Source: Lingula anatina (lineage: Eukaryota; Animalia; Brachiopoda). From it: a stretch of DNA of 64,000 nt. The stretch lies in the NCBI GenBank assembly GCA_051362555.1, contig CM120640.1:4526001-4590000 (forward strand), in the 5' to 3' direction. The notes under the pieces are model-generated. The model saw only the letters and a list, made by a program, of their open reading frames with translations, did no database searches and was not told the origin of the DNA. Below, one piece after another: positions 50,290 to 64,000 of the stretch (position 1 is the first letter of the stretch; the number at the start of each line of letters is the position of its first letter). Made by a program: the position numbers and the translations under genes.

Positions 50290-51837
50290 ATGACTGGTAA
50301 AGGAGGGAAAATGGACTATACCATCAATACAGCCATCAAAAGAGGCTTTTTCCAACAGGTGCGTTTCCTTATAGAGCTTGGGTCCGATGTGAACGGAAAA
50401 GACGAAGATGGTTTAACGCCATTGATTCTGTGTGCAATGATAGAGGAAGAGGAATGGGGAGTTGGTCTTTCGAGACTCTTGTTAGAAAAGGGAGCGTCGG
50501 TAGGTTTTCGTGACAAGCGAGGACTTAATGCTCTACATTACGCCTGTCTTTACCAACGTCTAGAACTGGTTCGTGTTTTTCTATGCGCAATTGACTACGA
50601 CCTAAATCAGGGAGATAAATTTGGAAATACGGCGTTACATTACGCAGTTTCTGTTGGTAACGTTGACATTACACGGTTACTGTTAAGAACACTGCATAAA
50701 TATGGAATGACGGTGGACAAACCCAACCGACGTGGATTTACTCCTCTCATACAAGCATGGAGCACTGGTCGCGTTACCTGTGCACAAATTCTTGTAGACG
50801 AGGGGCACGCAGACCAGGAGACCGCCGACAAAGTAGAGGGGAAAACTGCTAAAGAGTGGGAAACTGAAGTTTTAGCCAAAATGAACAAACTTGTGATAAA
50901 TCCCAAAGTAAGACGCCATAGACCAAGTACCGCGTTACGCGTGTCATCTGCGCCAATTTTACGTCGCCGGAGACCAAGCACCGCGATGAGCTTAAGGGGT
51001 AATCGGAATGCACCTGACAATGGACTCCTAGTCAATGTAGAAAAAACAGATATGTTAATCCGCAGTGCCAGTTTGTCAGACTTGAGAAATAACCCCGAAT
51101 TCGTTTTTAAACTATCTGCCGTGGACTATTTCAGTCAAGAAAACATGAATGACTTCCAACCCCAGTATGGGGAGGGTTATGACGGTTTTCAAGGACATTA
51201 TCAAAGACTAGCCCTAGATGGCAACTGGAAAGGCGAAGTGAAATCTCTTTTGCACGAATTTCAGTTCCAGTGCTCTCCCTCTTACAGGGACAGTATAAAA
51301 CCACCTCCTCCGCGACAATACATTCGTCCCGCCACGCCCCCTAGTCAACTCTCCGACGGTGAAGTACCAATGTCTGATCGGGGAAGCGCAACTGGACGTA
51401 GGTCAATTGCTGGACCCCGTGGTAAGAAATTAGAACGTCAAACATCCGACGCGAATATGTCACGCCGCGGGTCTGTGGTAAACCTTGGTCCAGCAGGGAG
51501 ACGGAAAAATTCCATCGACGCCGGCAATTTGCCTCCTGGTTCCAGAGGACAGCGCAGCAAAAGAGGAAGTGTTGACATTGTACAAGAAGAGTGTGATTCT
51601 AGTCAAAGTGGGGGATCAGCAGGAAACAAGTCTGGGCTATCAGATTCCGCCAAAGCTAGTACAAATAGAAAAGAGACCGAGAATGCCAAACTTCCCCCTC
51701 GACCCGTAAGCAGAACTGGGCAGTATCGGAATAACATACCAGTGGTCAAGGAAACAAAAGTGGATAGTGATCGGACTCAACTGGATAACGTTTATGAAGA
51801 AGATGACCCAAACTATTTGTCACCATCACGGGCCTAG
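50290..51837 (+). CDS. Single-exon ankyrin-repeat protein, 515 aa (ANKRD34/ANKRD63-like architecture)
   Basis: Uninterrupted 1548-nt ORF; N-terminal ankyrin repeats (DGLTPLILC, RGLNALHYAC, FGNTALHYAV, RGFTPLIQA) followed by a long R/S/P-rich disordered tail with RRxS/RRPST motifs. Start could be Met1 or Met8. Confidence 0.9.
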   Translation: MTGKGGKMDYTINTAIKRGFFQQVRFLIELGSDVNGKDEDGLTPLILCAMIEEEEWGVGLSRLLLEKGASVGFRDKRGLNALHYACLYQRLELVRVFLCAIDYDLNQGDKFGNTALHYAVSVGNVDITRLLLRTLHKYGMTVDKPNRRGFTPLIQAWSTGRVTCAQILVDEGHADQETADKVEGKTAKEWETEVLAKMNKLVINPKVRRHRPSTALRVSSAPILRRRRPSTAMSLRGNRNAPDNGLLVNVEKTDMLIRSASLSDLRNNPEFVFKLSAVDYFSQENMNDFQPQYGEGYDGFQGHYQRLALDGNWKGEVKSLLHEFQFQCSPSYRDSIKPPPPRQYIRPATPPSQLSDGEVPMSDRGSATGRRSIAGPRGKKLERQTSDANMSRRGSVVNLGPAGRRKNSIDAGNLPPGSRGQRSKRGSVDIVQEECDSSQSGGSAGNKSGLSDSAKASTNRKETENAKLPPRPVSRTGQYRNNIPVVKETKVDSDRTQLDNVYEEDDPNYLSPSRA

Positions 51838-54800
51838 CTAATTATTATCATCATTATTATTTACTGATAAAAATGCATTTTCCATCTTAAATCCACAATG
51901 TCAACTTGTTTTTAGGACTTGTTTCTAGATTTGTTTGACATCATACTTATGATTTCGGAAAATGTTCCGACGGCGGGGTCCATAATACTTTCACATATTT
52001 TAGTGCCATTTTACACACGTTTTAAATGATATCCGCAATCAAATAATTTTGGTTATTGTATTCAATCACTTTTTTGTGCGCATATTAGTTTTGTTTTTCG
52101 TTGGATTTGGAGTCATTGTACATTATTTTAAAGACAGGTCAAAGTCTTTGGTACTTTAAGCAACCGCTTAAGCCAAGTGTACGTTCTGCAAGTTTACATT
52201 TAATTACATAAAAAACTTCAAAACGAATAATAAATCTAGTCGTATGTATTATACGTACAGCCAAGGAATGAAAACTAGAAATCAAAAAGACAAACAAAAC
52301 CAAAGTGAGCATTTATAGATGTTTTGTGTTTTAAAATATTTTTTCCTTAAAAAAGGGTGAATTTTTTTACGATGTGAGTCATTCGAAAGCGCTGTTCGAC
52401 TTTTTTTTTACATTACTTTTGGTCTAGGCTCTACGTCTGTGGTATGTAAAATATTATAAACCTTTTATTGTACTAGGTCAATTCATTATGCCTAGGTGTT
52501 CAGTATATCCCCCTTTTCTGTTATTTTAGTTGTGAACTAAATTCAGTAAAATGACATTAGCTGTATACGTTTATCAGGATTTGATCGTAAATCGATACTT
52601 TTCTTTTTTCATGTGGTAGGTTTTTTGTCTCTGAATGAGAATGTACAGGGCATTTGTCTTGTTTTTATTGTGATATTTCAGTAGTTTTTGATAAAATGTA
52701 TCACAATATGCTGAACCCCGGTCTTTTTCAGTCTTGCACGTTTCAACCTACAGGGCCGATATTCGAATAAGACTGTTTTACAAATAAAAAAGAAAGAATG
52801 AAACGATCAGTTGTTGTGTTTATTTAATTCTTTATTAATGGTCTTAGCTGAACAAGACATTTCTTTGAACAAGCATTGTCAATATTTTCGAAAGAGCATT
52901 GATGATTGTAATTGAACTAGCAGCCATTTGAGTAGGACAAGTAAGCAGTCAGGTTCTTTATTGTTTGGCAACAATCAAAGCAGTGGCTTTCGGCTACGCA
53001 ATTTCTTTTCGTCTGTTTGGATCAAAACACAAGACCCTAAGTCAATTGACTGAGCACATGTAACAGATAGGCCCTCGAGTGAAGTTAATATAACCATATT
53101 GATCCTGCAAATATTCTCATGGACATTTTAAAATGCTTAACCTATGAGGAGAGGCGTGAACAACATGTTACTTTGCTTTATAAAAAAATGAAGTCGCTCT
53201 TTTTCAAATAGTTTTTTTCTTACGTTGTTTAGTTCGCTAACTGTTGCTTCTTTCCATAAAGTTCTTTTCTTACATTTTCTGGTTCCTTTAATTTTGCTCT
53301 GAGTTTCTTCAATTCGATCTTTAGAGTTTATCTGACAGAGTCGCACTCATGAAAAGAAATACGGATTCTTCTGGCACATCGTCCGGTGCTGGCACTCTGC
53401 CTGGTGCATTCTATAGCACGGTATTGCAAACCAATTTTGATTCACATATGTATACATGATTTTAAACTGCTTTCCTCTTCTTTCTGTTCTGCTACTTGTC
53501 GGACTCCTTCACAGCCCCGTTTTCATTCTTTCTTGATCTCTTCTCAGGCGTGGTGGAAACTTTTTCTTTGATGCTGCAAATTTGGGGAACTTGTGTATTA
53601 ACAGTCTGCACTTGCTGGTATCATGGGTCGTTCTTCCAGTTCATGCCAATTGTAATGGTCAGCTTATCTCTATATAGCCAGAGATATTAAAGCGTATTTA
53701 CTAGAGTCCTTAATACATTTAAACTAAGACTAATTTTAAGTTACCTTTTAATTGAAAGCATTATTTTAAAGTTGATGACAGTTCTTTCTACAGCATAAAA
53801 TGCATAATTAACAGATTAAGGTAAATCATTATAACTGAGACGTCCTAACAATCTTTTCATTGGAGGTCTGTTCATTATAGCTTTTTTTCCTGAATTTAGT
53901 TTAAGACTTGAGTTATGCCTTCACGATGACTGTTGTCATTAGCCTTCGTACGTGATCGCGTATTTCGATGTATTCTAATAACATGTTTACTGAATAGAAG
54001 TGCAGTAAGTGGGCATTTGACTTGCTTTTAACACGAGATTCAAAAAGCATAAAATGAAACTACTCAGAGAGCAAATCAACTGGGAAAATTGCAAAATGAG
54101 ATTTTAAAATCAATACATTAACAAAATTATAGAGTACACAAACACGAGCCTTTGATATATGATAGGCTCATGTTTGAATGAATATGTGGCTGTTTTTTAA
54201 TTAACAGTTTTATACTTATTCGCAAAAATAATAAACGAGGCAATTAATTTATCAATTAATTAATTAATTAATCATCACAAAATAAAATATTTCTCCCTTG
54301 GCCCATTTGTGACTTATTCTGAAAATTTTATCAAAATCTGTACGTAATTAATTAATTAATTGCACTAAATATCAAATCAGTTCATTCTAGAATCTATCGA
54401 AAACAAAATTTGAAATAAGAAATAAAATCTCTGGACAACAATTTACCACAAACAAACAAACTCACTCACAAACCCACAAACGCACAAGCAAGCAAAAAAA
54501 AAATTTTTTTGCGCAAGTCATAAGCTCCCCTGCCTGCACCATCCCCCTTATTTAGAAATAAAAATCTCGCTCTAATCTACATGTAAGTGAATTAGGTACT
54601 TAGTGATCGAATCATTTATCTTTTAGCAATGGCAGTTCTTTAGAATTACTGAGAAGCGATTAGACGCAATTTTGGAGAAACACATGATCAATCATCGAAA
54701 TTCGACCGAAAAGCTCCTCTTGCAGATGAATGCATGACTTCTTTTGTAAATAGAGTCAAATATCGTACAGGGCATTGGAGTTGTTGTGACCAATGTGTGT

Positions 54801-54850
54801 GTCACCGTAAACAGCTCAGGGTTTATTCGAGAGGTCACCTGCTTGTGATT

Positions 54851-57780
54851 ATGTTAAAACAGTCCACCTGGACTAGACAGCACTTACTCAAAACATTTTT
54901 AAATAAAATGCCATTCTATGCAGTAAGAACTGGAAAGAGACCAGGAGTATACAATACTTGGTACGTATCACTGTATCAGGACTAGGGTCGGGAGGCAGGA
55001 CGTGCTACTTTTAGTACTGTCAGTATTACTGTTGGTGTTACTGTGTTACTGTGTGTGACTACACATAAGTACAGTTCAGACACAACGTATTTCCATTTCA
55101 TTCGACATCCGACATTTACTCCTTCAGGCATGATCTGAAATTATATACCATTGTTTCTTTTCTGGTTGACACGTGCAATGTACAATGTACTGTACCTTAA
55201 ATCAGACAGCGAAAGACACACAGTGAGTGTTACTGTTAGTCTGTTATTTATTTCTACAGCAAGAATGTAACTTTCCTTGAAGTTTTCACAATCTTCCCTC
55301 ACTCCAAGGCATACCTATTCAATCAAAATAGTCACAGTATTATGATTCACTGTGAAATCATAAACACGTTAATATGGGGAACGGCAGTAACAAACACACT
55401 TCTTTATAAAAGAAATTAGGTAGAACCCCAGAAACAAACTCTCCAATAATCATGTTGCTCATGCAATTTATAATGCACTCCATTCTGTGCAGTAGTTTGC
55501 TTTCTGGCTATTTGACTTGCGGTACCTCGTGCCTGGTGGCCTTATGTCCCACACGGGACAGAGAGAAATGATGATGAAGATGACCTCATGCCTACAGAAG
55601 TCTGTTTTGGTTTAATTTGGTGGTTACTAAATTTCATGATGGCCAAGCAGAGTAATCTTACCTTACTGTTGGGAAAACTTGTTGGCTTTACAGGAATGTG
55701 CGAGTCGAGGAGATGAGAGGTAAGATAAAATTTGAGAGCTCCCACATCATGGTGGATGCCCAAACTGTTGTCATTTTTTTATTTTTCAGGCCTTTGGTTT
55801 CATGTGTTGGCACATAGTACGAGTCAGAAATCCTCAATAGGGGTGCTTACACATTAATTTTGTATACTAGGGTATACCTTGGTGATAATGGGAAAATTGT
55901 TTAAATTTCCAAGGAAAATTGCATACTGGACAGACATTGTGACTGTTTACTTGCAACCCCCAGCTTCCATCTCAAGGTGTCAAATGTTGTTTTATAACTT
56001 GATGAGACAACGAAACATATACAACATGTTTCTGTTAGGTGCAAAGTGTTTGATTTTTTCAAGAAAATTTGACTGCTTGAGGCCATTTGCTCATCTTATT
56101 TATAGAGCATTTGCCGGTCACTAAAGCAGAAAAATGACTGTGTATTCGGGTTGTCTCAAATTGACATTTAAGTTTTAGTTTAGGGTTACAGTGCCACTTT
56201 CATTATTAACATTAATATAATATCACTGCCATATTTCAGGCCAGAATGTCAAAGTCAGGTAAAAGGGTTTCCAAATGCAAGGTATAAAAAATTTGATACC
56301 AAGGCAGCTGCATGGGATTTTGTTCATGGTGCAGATGCCAGTTCAAATAAGGGTATGTAATGTTTAGTTTGTGTGTTTATCCATGTGTAGTAAGGATATT
56401 CTATGCTGTAGCCAGCACCCTTATCACTAGAGATGGTCCCACCATCCTAAAGGGTTAACTATAGTGAATTGATTGGGAAGGTGTGGGCATTTCAACCCCT
56501 CTTACTGTAACAACTATTTATACATGTATTTTACAGGTTGTAGCCCTCAGACAGCATTCTATACACTCTAGATCTGCACATAGCATTCTATAGACTGAAA
56601 AAATAGTCAACTGCTATAGTGTATGACTTATGAATACTGCTACCGCTCACTTCCCTGTTAATTTTAAGACCTTTTTAAAACTATTTATGAAATTTGGATT
56701 CTCTTGCTCTTCAAATGCTCATTTTATGTGCTTTTCCATACAGTAATTTTAAAATGTAAGAAAACCCAGTCTCATGATTATTCATAATTGCCAGGATACA
56801 ACAGCAATGCACAACATCACTCCACTGCCCCAAAAAGTTCAGGCTCAAGTTCTGGTCTGGGTGACATCAAAATGCAGTTGAATTTGCTGACCACTACATT
56901 GGTTGGATGCAGAGGTAGGTGAAGTGAAAGGGGCAGTACAGATAGTAATGTTTGTACAGTAGAGATTGATAATCTTGAACTAAAATCAGAATATTCAAGG
57001 GATACAATATATAATATGAATTTATTATCCATAAAAGTGACATTTTATCACAAGACTTATTTTCCTAGCCATATAACTTTTTGCAGACCGTACATGGTGA
57101 TTGAACTTTTCACAATATTTTATAGTCAATCTAGACACAACCCCTGGTCGACGTTCGCTATCTACCCTAGCACAGAAGCAAATGCAAGTCTTTTTGGGAA
57201 ATGTGAACCGCCTTGAAACTGAGGCTAGAGAACTGTCATTTGTGATAGATCAAGAAGATAGTGGCAATGGAAGCAAAAGGCCATCAACATCAAGTGAGGA
57301 ACCAGAATATAAAAAGATGAAGAAAGGAGAGTTTGGTGGTAACTGAGGTTTTTTAATCTATATCTTTAAATTTTCTTCTTTTTTCTTCAAATAATGTTTC
57401 TTCAGATATTTTTTAAAAGGTCAGTTTCAGTCAAGTCTTTTGTTTCTATAGATACACTATGTTATAATATAATTATGATGCAATTTAGAAGATTTGAGAA
57501 AATGTAAAGATTTGTTTTATTATTGATCTAGCATTTGCACCTTTTGCTTTTATTTTTTAGATTCAGATACAGGCTCTGTTGTGATTGTCTACACTGATGG
57601 GGCATGTATCAACAATGGGAAAGAGAATGCTAGAGCTGGCATAGGAGTATACTGGGGTCCTGATAATCCTATGTGAGTTAGAAAGTTAGTTGGGGGTGCC
57701 TCAAAATAAATGTCAAAAAAAAAAACACCATAGCTGATGTTTTATGCTGATAATTATGAACACACACTTACTCACACACG

Positions 57781-57823
<43 letters not shown>

Positions 57824-59241
57824 AGACTGATGAATGAAAACAGTTAAGAATATTATTGGGATATTCGATTGTAGAATCCACTTGTTGTGGGGAAAATAAA
57901 CTCCCTTTGAACCTAGAGAGTTCCGCTTTCTTTTGATTCTCTTTCATTTATTTACTCATCTTTTGTCTATTTCTTTATTTCATTATTGGATAAAAGGAAT
58001 GTGTCTGAAAGGTTACCTGGAAAACAGACAAATAACAGAGCTGAAATTCATGTAAGTTGTAAGTACATTTTTCATATGAAGTAATTAACACAGTCATATG
58101 TCACAAAATGGGCTGCATCACAGCAGACAGAAGTTACACTGCTTCCAGTGTTTTCATCTTTGTTCACCTCGAGCTGTTTTAGTCTCAACCTAAATGAGGA
58201 TGTCTCTAAAGTAACTTTCAGAACAATTTATCTTTGGAGCATTGCTTAGACCAGTGACACTCTTACTAATGTACCTTAGAATTTTTGGAACATGCACACT
58301 AAATCCAGACATGCAAGATACAGGGTATAGAACATAACACTTGTAAGTGGTTATCATGGACCATTTTGGTGATATCATTTCATCTTAGTTTTTCATTTAA
58401 CCTCATCTTTTCTTATCCTTCTTTCCTGACTCTTTCTTGTTGAATACAATTCAGGCAGCAGTAAGGGCAATACAACAGGCTAAAGAGATGGGAAAACATG
58501 ATGTTATTATTCGCACAGATAGCATGTTCCTTATAAATAGTAAGTGCCTTTCAAGATAAATTTGATTAAGTTATGTATTTATTTATTTATTTTTTTTTTT
58601 GACAGCTTAAAACTCATTAATACATAATTAATAAAGAAACTCTACCAGTGTTATCCTTGTTCCCCTCAAAAATGAAAATGTGATTGAATACTAAAAATAT
58701 TTTACAGCAACCAGACTATTTAACCATTGTCCTGCATATGCTGTATGACAAGCACTGCCTGTATTTGGTTTGATTTTGTTTGAAATTATCTTCCCAGTGC
58801 AATCATTTCAGGTATGACACAATGGATAGAAAAATGGAGAAGCAATGGTTGGAAGGTTGCCAAAGGAGCAGGTGTACTGAACAAAGATGATTTTCTAGAA
58901 TTGGAGAGAGTGAGTGAAGGAATGCACATTAAATGGGTAATTACTTATCCTTAATTCTTGGCTTTACAATTTCTAACTGTACATCTTCCTTTTGAGCAGG
59001 TAGCAACTTTACCGTTATTTATTTATTTATTTATTTTTGCATGTAAGGTATATAATAACTGACATTTTTGCATGTGGTGTTTTCATTTTACATTAAAATA
59101 GCATTTTTATATAGCACTGAAGTTCTAAATGATTATTTGTACTTTCAGGAGCATGTACCGGCACATGTTGGCATTGAAGGCAATGAAGCAGCAGATCATC
59201 TAGCCAATGAAGGAGCTGCTAAACCTCTGAAATTTTCTTGA
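54851..59241 (+). CDS. RNASEH1: Ribonuclease H1; exons 54851(or 54908)-54960, 56240-56352, 56795-56914, 57126-57338, 57561-57672, 57997-58051, 58455-58539, 58812-58936, 59149-59241 (341 or 322 aa)
   Basis: Hybrid-binding domain [36 protein letters not shown]; catalytic motifs [41 protein letters not shown]; all introns GT-AG and phase consistent. Confidence 0.95.
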
Positions 59242-61325
59242 TGAACAATGAAATCAAACATCTTTCTGAATTCATGGTCATTTTCAAGTGTATATGGTGC
59301 TGTTGAACACATGCAGAAAAAACAAAGACAAACTGTAAAAATATTTACTGTGATTTCTTTATTTCATTTATTTTTGCTAGAATATACAACTTAAGTTGCT
59401 TAAAAAACATTGCACTGAGATGATGCATGGTGCAGTGATGAAGGGGGACATTTTGAAAAAATCTGGAAAAAGAAGCACCTAAGGTGCCAAGAGGGTGAAA
59501 TTAACACAACACCCATATTTGGATTGCCAGATAAACCCTGAATATTTGTAACTCAAGCTGACTCAAGGTGATGATGTCTTGTTGGGTGTAAATTGTAATA
59601 AAAATTAAAGTAAATTATGCGAATAATTGAATGAGTAAGCTGGGTGTTTGTCATTTGCATTTAGAAATTGGTGTTTTCACATTACTTGAAGAACAGTGCT
59701 TTTAATTGTTTCAAAGAGTGTTGGATGTAAGATTTCTATGCAGTATTCCATTACTTCAGCACAGTTTTGTAGCTATCAACCCTCAAATTGATAAATAGAT
59801 CTAACAGATTAAACCCATACAACCCTGTACACATTTAAGTAACCATGGTCATGGTCAGTCTTAACGTTATGAATTGAGTGAGTGTGGATTCCTCATGAGG
59901 CATACAAACCACTTCTACTAGTTTCTTATATGACTCAAACAAAGTTGATAAACCAAATTAGTCCCTTGTTCAGCCAAAAAATACCTTTAAAACTGCACCT
60001 TCTTCAAATTTCTCAACATAAATTACTCTGTCCCTTCAGTTGGTGAGAGTATGCTTAATGACTAAATACTGTGCATGCATAGTGAAGTCATCACTCCCAT
60101 GTATGGGTGTAGCTGTGTTCCCAGTTGCCTACTTATTTAATCAAGATGACTGAAACGACCAATGGATATATATATATACAGCACAGAAAGAAAGCAGAAA
60201 ATACAAGATCAATTGTCATTTTTCAGGAAATATGAAACATTATGGTTTTTCCTTACGATGTGCTATTTGAAACTGTGGAATTTCAGTTGAGTTTGTGCAG
60301 AAATTTGACATCTTCTTGCTTCAGATGCATTCTTAACTGTTTAGGTTTTTGAATATCAGATTATCTTAAACATCTTGAACATTTACTGCAGCAAAACAAA
60401 AGTTCAGTTTTTTTAGATGTTGAAACGGCAAAGCTCAAATAAACAATTGAAGCAAAAAAAAAAAAAATCATGTTACTGCAGTAATGTGAAAGGTGTACCA
60501 TTGCCCAAAATGGTCTGTACAAAAAAAAAGTTATAACTAACAAACTTGAACAATAAATTTACACTAACAAAAGCTGTTTATTATAATCCATTTATTAAAC
60601 GTCAACAAAGGTACAGTCATTTCAGGTCTACTAGTTAGTAAAAATGCCAGCCCTAGAGTATACTTGGCATTGAATAAATATCCCAATAACTTACACTATT
60701 TATGTAACAACAGAATACAATACAAAAACTTGTGGTATCGGAGTTTTTAAGGATTTTAATGCATTTTCTTTCAATTATTACAACTTTGATTTACCTTGAT
60801 GTCCAAATGTCAATTATAATTTAAATTACAAAATACATTTCACGTCATAGAAGATTTCGATCTAGCCACCCTATGTGAAAATCTGATAGAAACCAGCTTT
60901 AAATGTTTTACCATTCCCCTCCCCAAAATCAAAGGAAAAAATGAGAACACAGCTGAGCTTAAGAGAGATTTATACAAAAAGATGAATAAAATAGCAGCAC
61001 AGGATATTGTACAATACACTTTGAATACTTATTTCAGATGATTCATATATTTCTTTGTTTAAATATCAAACACATTAGCTCATTAATTTATTAAAACGGA
61101 AAGTTACTAAATCAACAACAAAATCTGTTGCTGTTGAATGCACAACTGTTTTTTTTAATGAAGCACTGCTTCATAATGTATGTGTGAACGTGCACTAACT
61201 ACACAATTTAACCAATAAAGAAATATCAATAGCTAATCCACAGCAAACTAGATGTTTATCCTTAATTGAGTTTTAAAGCTTCCTAATTCAAAGATGTTTT
61301 TCTTTCACATAAACAACTGCTATAT

Positions 61326-63035
<1,710 letters not shown>

Positions 63036-64000
63036 CTACAAACAAGGCATACAATACTGTTTCATTCTAAATTAAACCATTTATTACTGGGAACGATTCT
63101 TGTGGTAATTATTTAGAACTTCGAGTTGAGATCTATGACATAAATGCCAAGAGATAATAAATATCATTAACATAGGGTGTCAGATTTCTTTCCTCGTTAC
63201 TCGGAAGAAAAACTGACATTCATTAAATCAAGAATATATTCCAAACCAAAAGAAAAAGGGTAGATCTAACTATCAATCCCCAATTTATTGAAACTGAAAG
63301 GATCAATGAAGAATATTATCTTATTATTACCTGTATACACTTACTTTTTAGTTTAACATCCCAATCAACAAAGAGTTCACGAGGCGTTCTTGCTTGCCAA
63401 CAGTTCCCCGGATGTCAAAATTCAAGGGAAGACAAGACCTTTATCCTTGAACGGGTCATTGATTTTGTTTTGAAGCTGGTTAGGAAGATTTATTGTACAG
63501 ATGTATTCAAATTTCATAAACAATGGGCTTTTTGTTGGTTATAAATTAACTAAAATTGTTATTTTTTTATTTATCTGTAGATCTATGCTGTACGCCTTGG
63601 GTTGATGCGCCATCTATCATATTGGAGACTATTCTTATTCAGCTGTAGCAAAATATTTGTTTTGTTTTCCACATGAAAATTTTTCCCTCGAAAAATGGGA
63701 TGGATTACATATTTATGCAGAAAATGACAAAGGACAATAATATGCACGTACGTAGTTCGCTAAATGTTTTCTTGGCATAGACCAACGATGACTATGAAAT
63801 GCATTTTTGTGAATCAAAATACAGGTTTCGAGCAAGGACTTTTGTGACGAGTCAGCTTTATATTTAGTGCTTTAAGGAAGTATATAAAATAGTGAGCTGT
63901 TTGAATATCTTATATCATGTAAAAATAAGACTAAAATTTGCGTTTCTATGAATGTCAAACTGTTGCATGCAAAGGAATAGAATATGAAATCTAATATGTT

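Noticed and set aside
50316-51709. Overlapping or antisense ORFs within the ankyrin gene
   Set aside because: Shadow frames of a GC-richer coding region with no independent motifs.
55530-55600. C/D-box snoRNA in RNase H1 intron 1 (ATGATGA)
   Set aside because: No suitably placed CTGA D box or terminal stem; looks more like a LINE 3' tail ending in (TGA)n.

Overview
AT-rich, intron-containing animal genomic DNA; the gene and repeat content suggests a marine invertebrate, but the species cannot be determined from the sequence. Eight protein-coding genes were reconstructed by hand (seven spliced, with phase-consistent GT-AG introns, and one single-exon): neurocalcin/hippocalcin-type Ca2+ sensor (+), DUSP23-like phosphatase (-), glutaredoxin-DEP-DUF547 protein (+), a two-exon nanos gene nested on the SAME strand inside intron 4 of that glutaredoxin gene, an uncharacterised EF-hand protein (-), a single-exon ankyrin-repeat protein (+), RNase H1 (+) and Elongin C (-). 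Introns and intergenic DNA hold many non-autonomous DNA transposons: two complete Helentron-associated (HINE-type) elements with internal tandem arrays, MULE-, PIF/Harbinger- and hAT/P-type MITEs, and a ~5.85-kb segment bounded by ~245-bp near-identical inverted repeats that carries a relic PHD-finger exon. The most notable observation is the co-oriented nested, structurally divergent nanos gene. All coordinates were read by eye and may be off by a few bases; no database searches were run.
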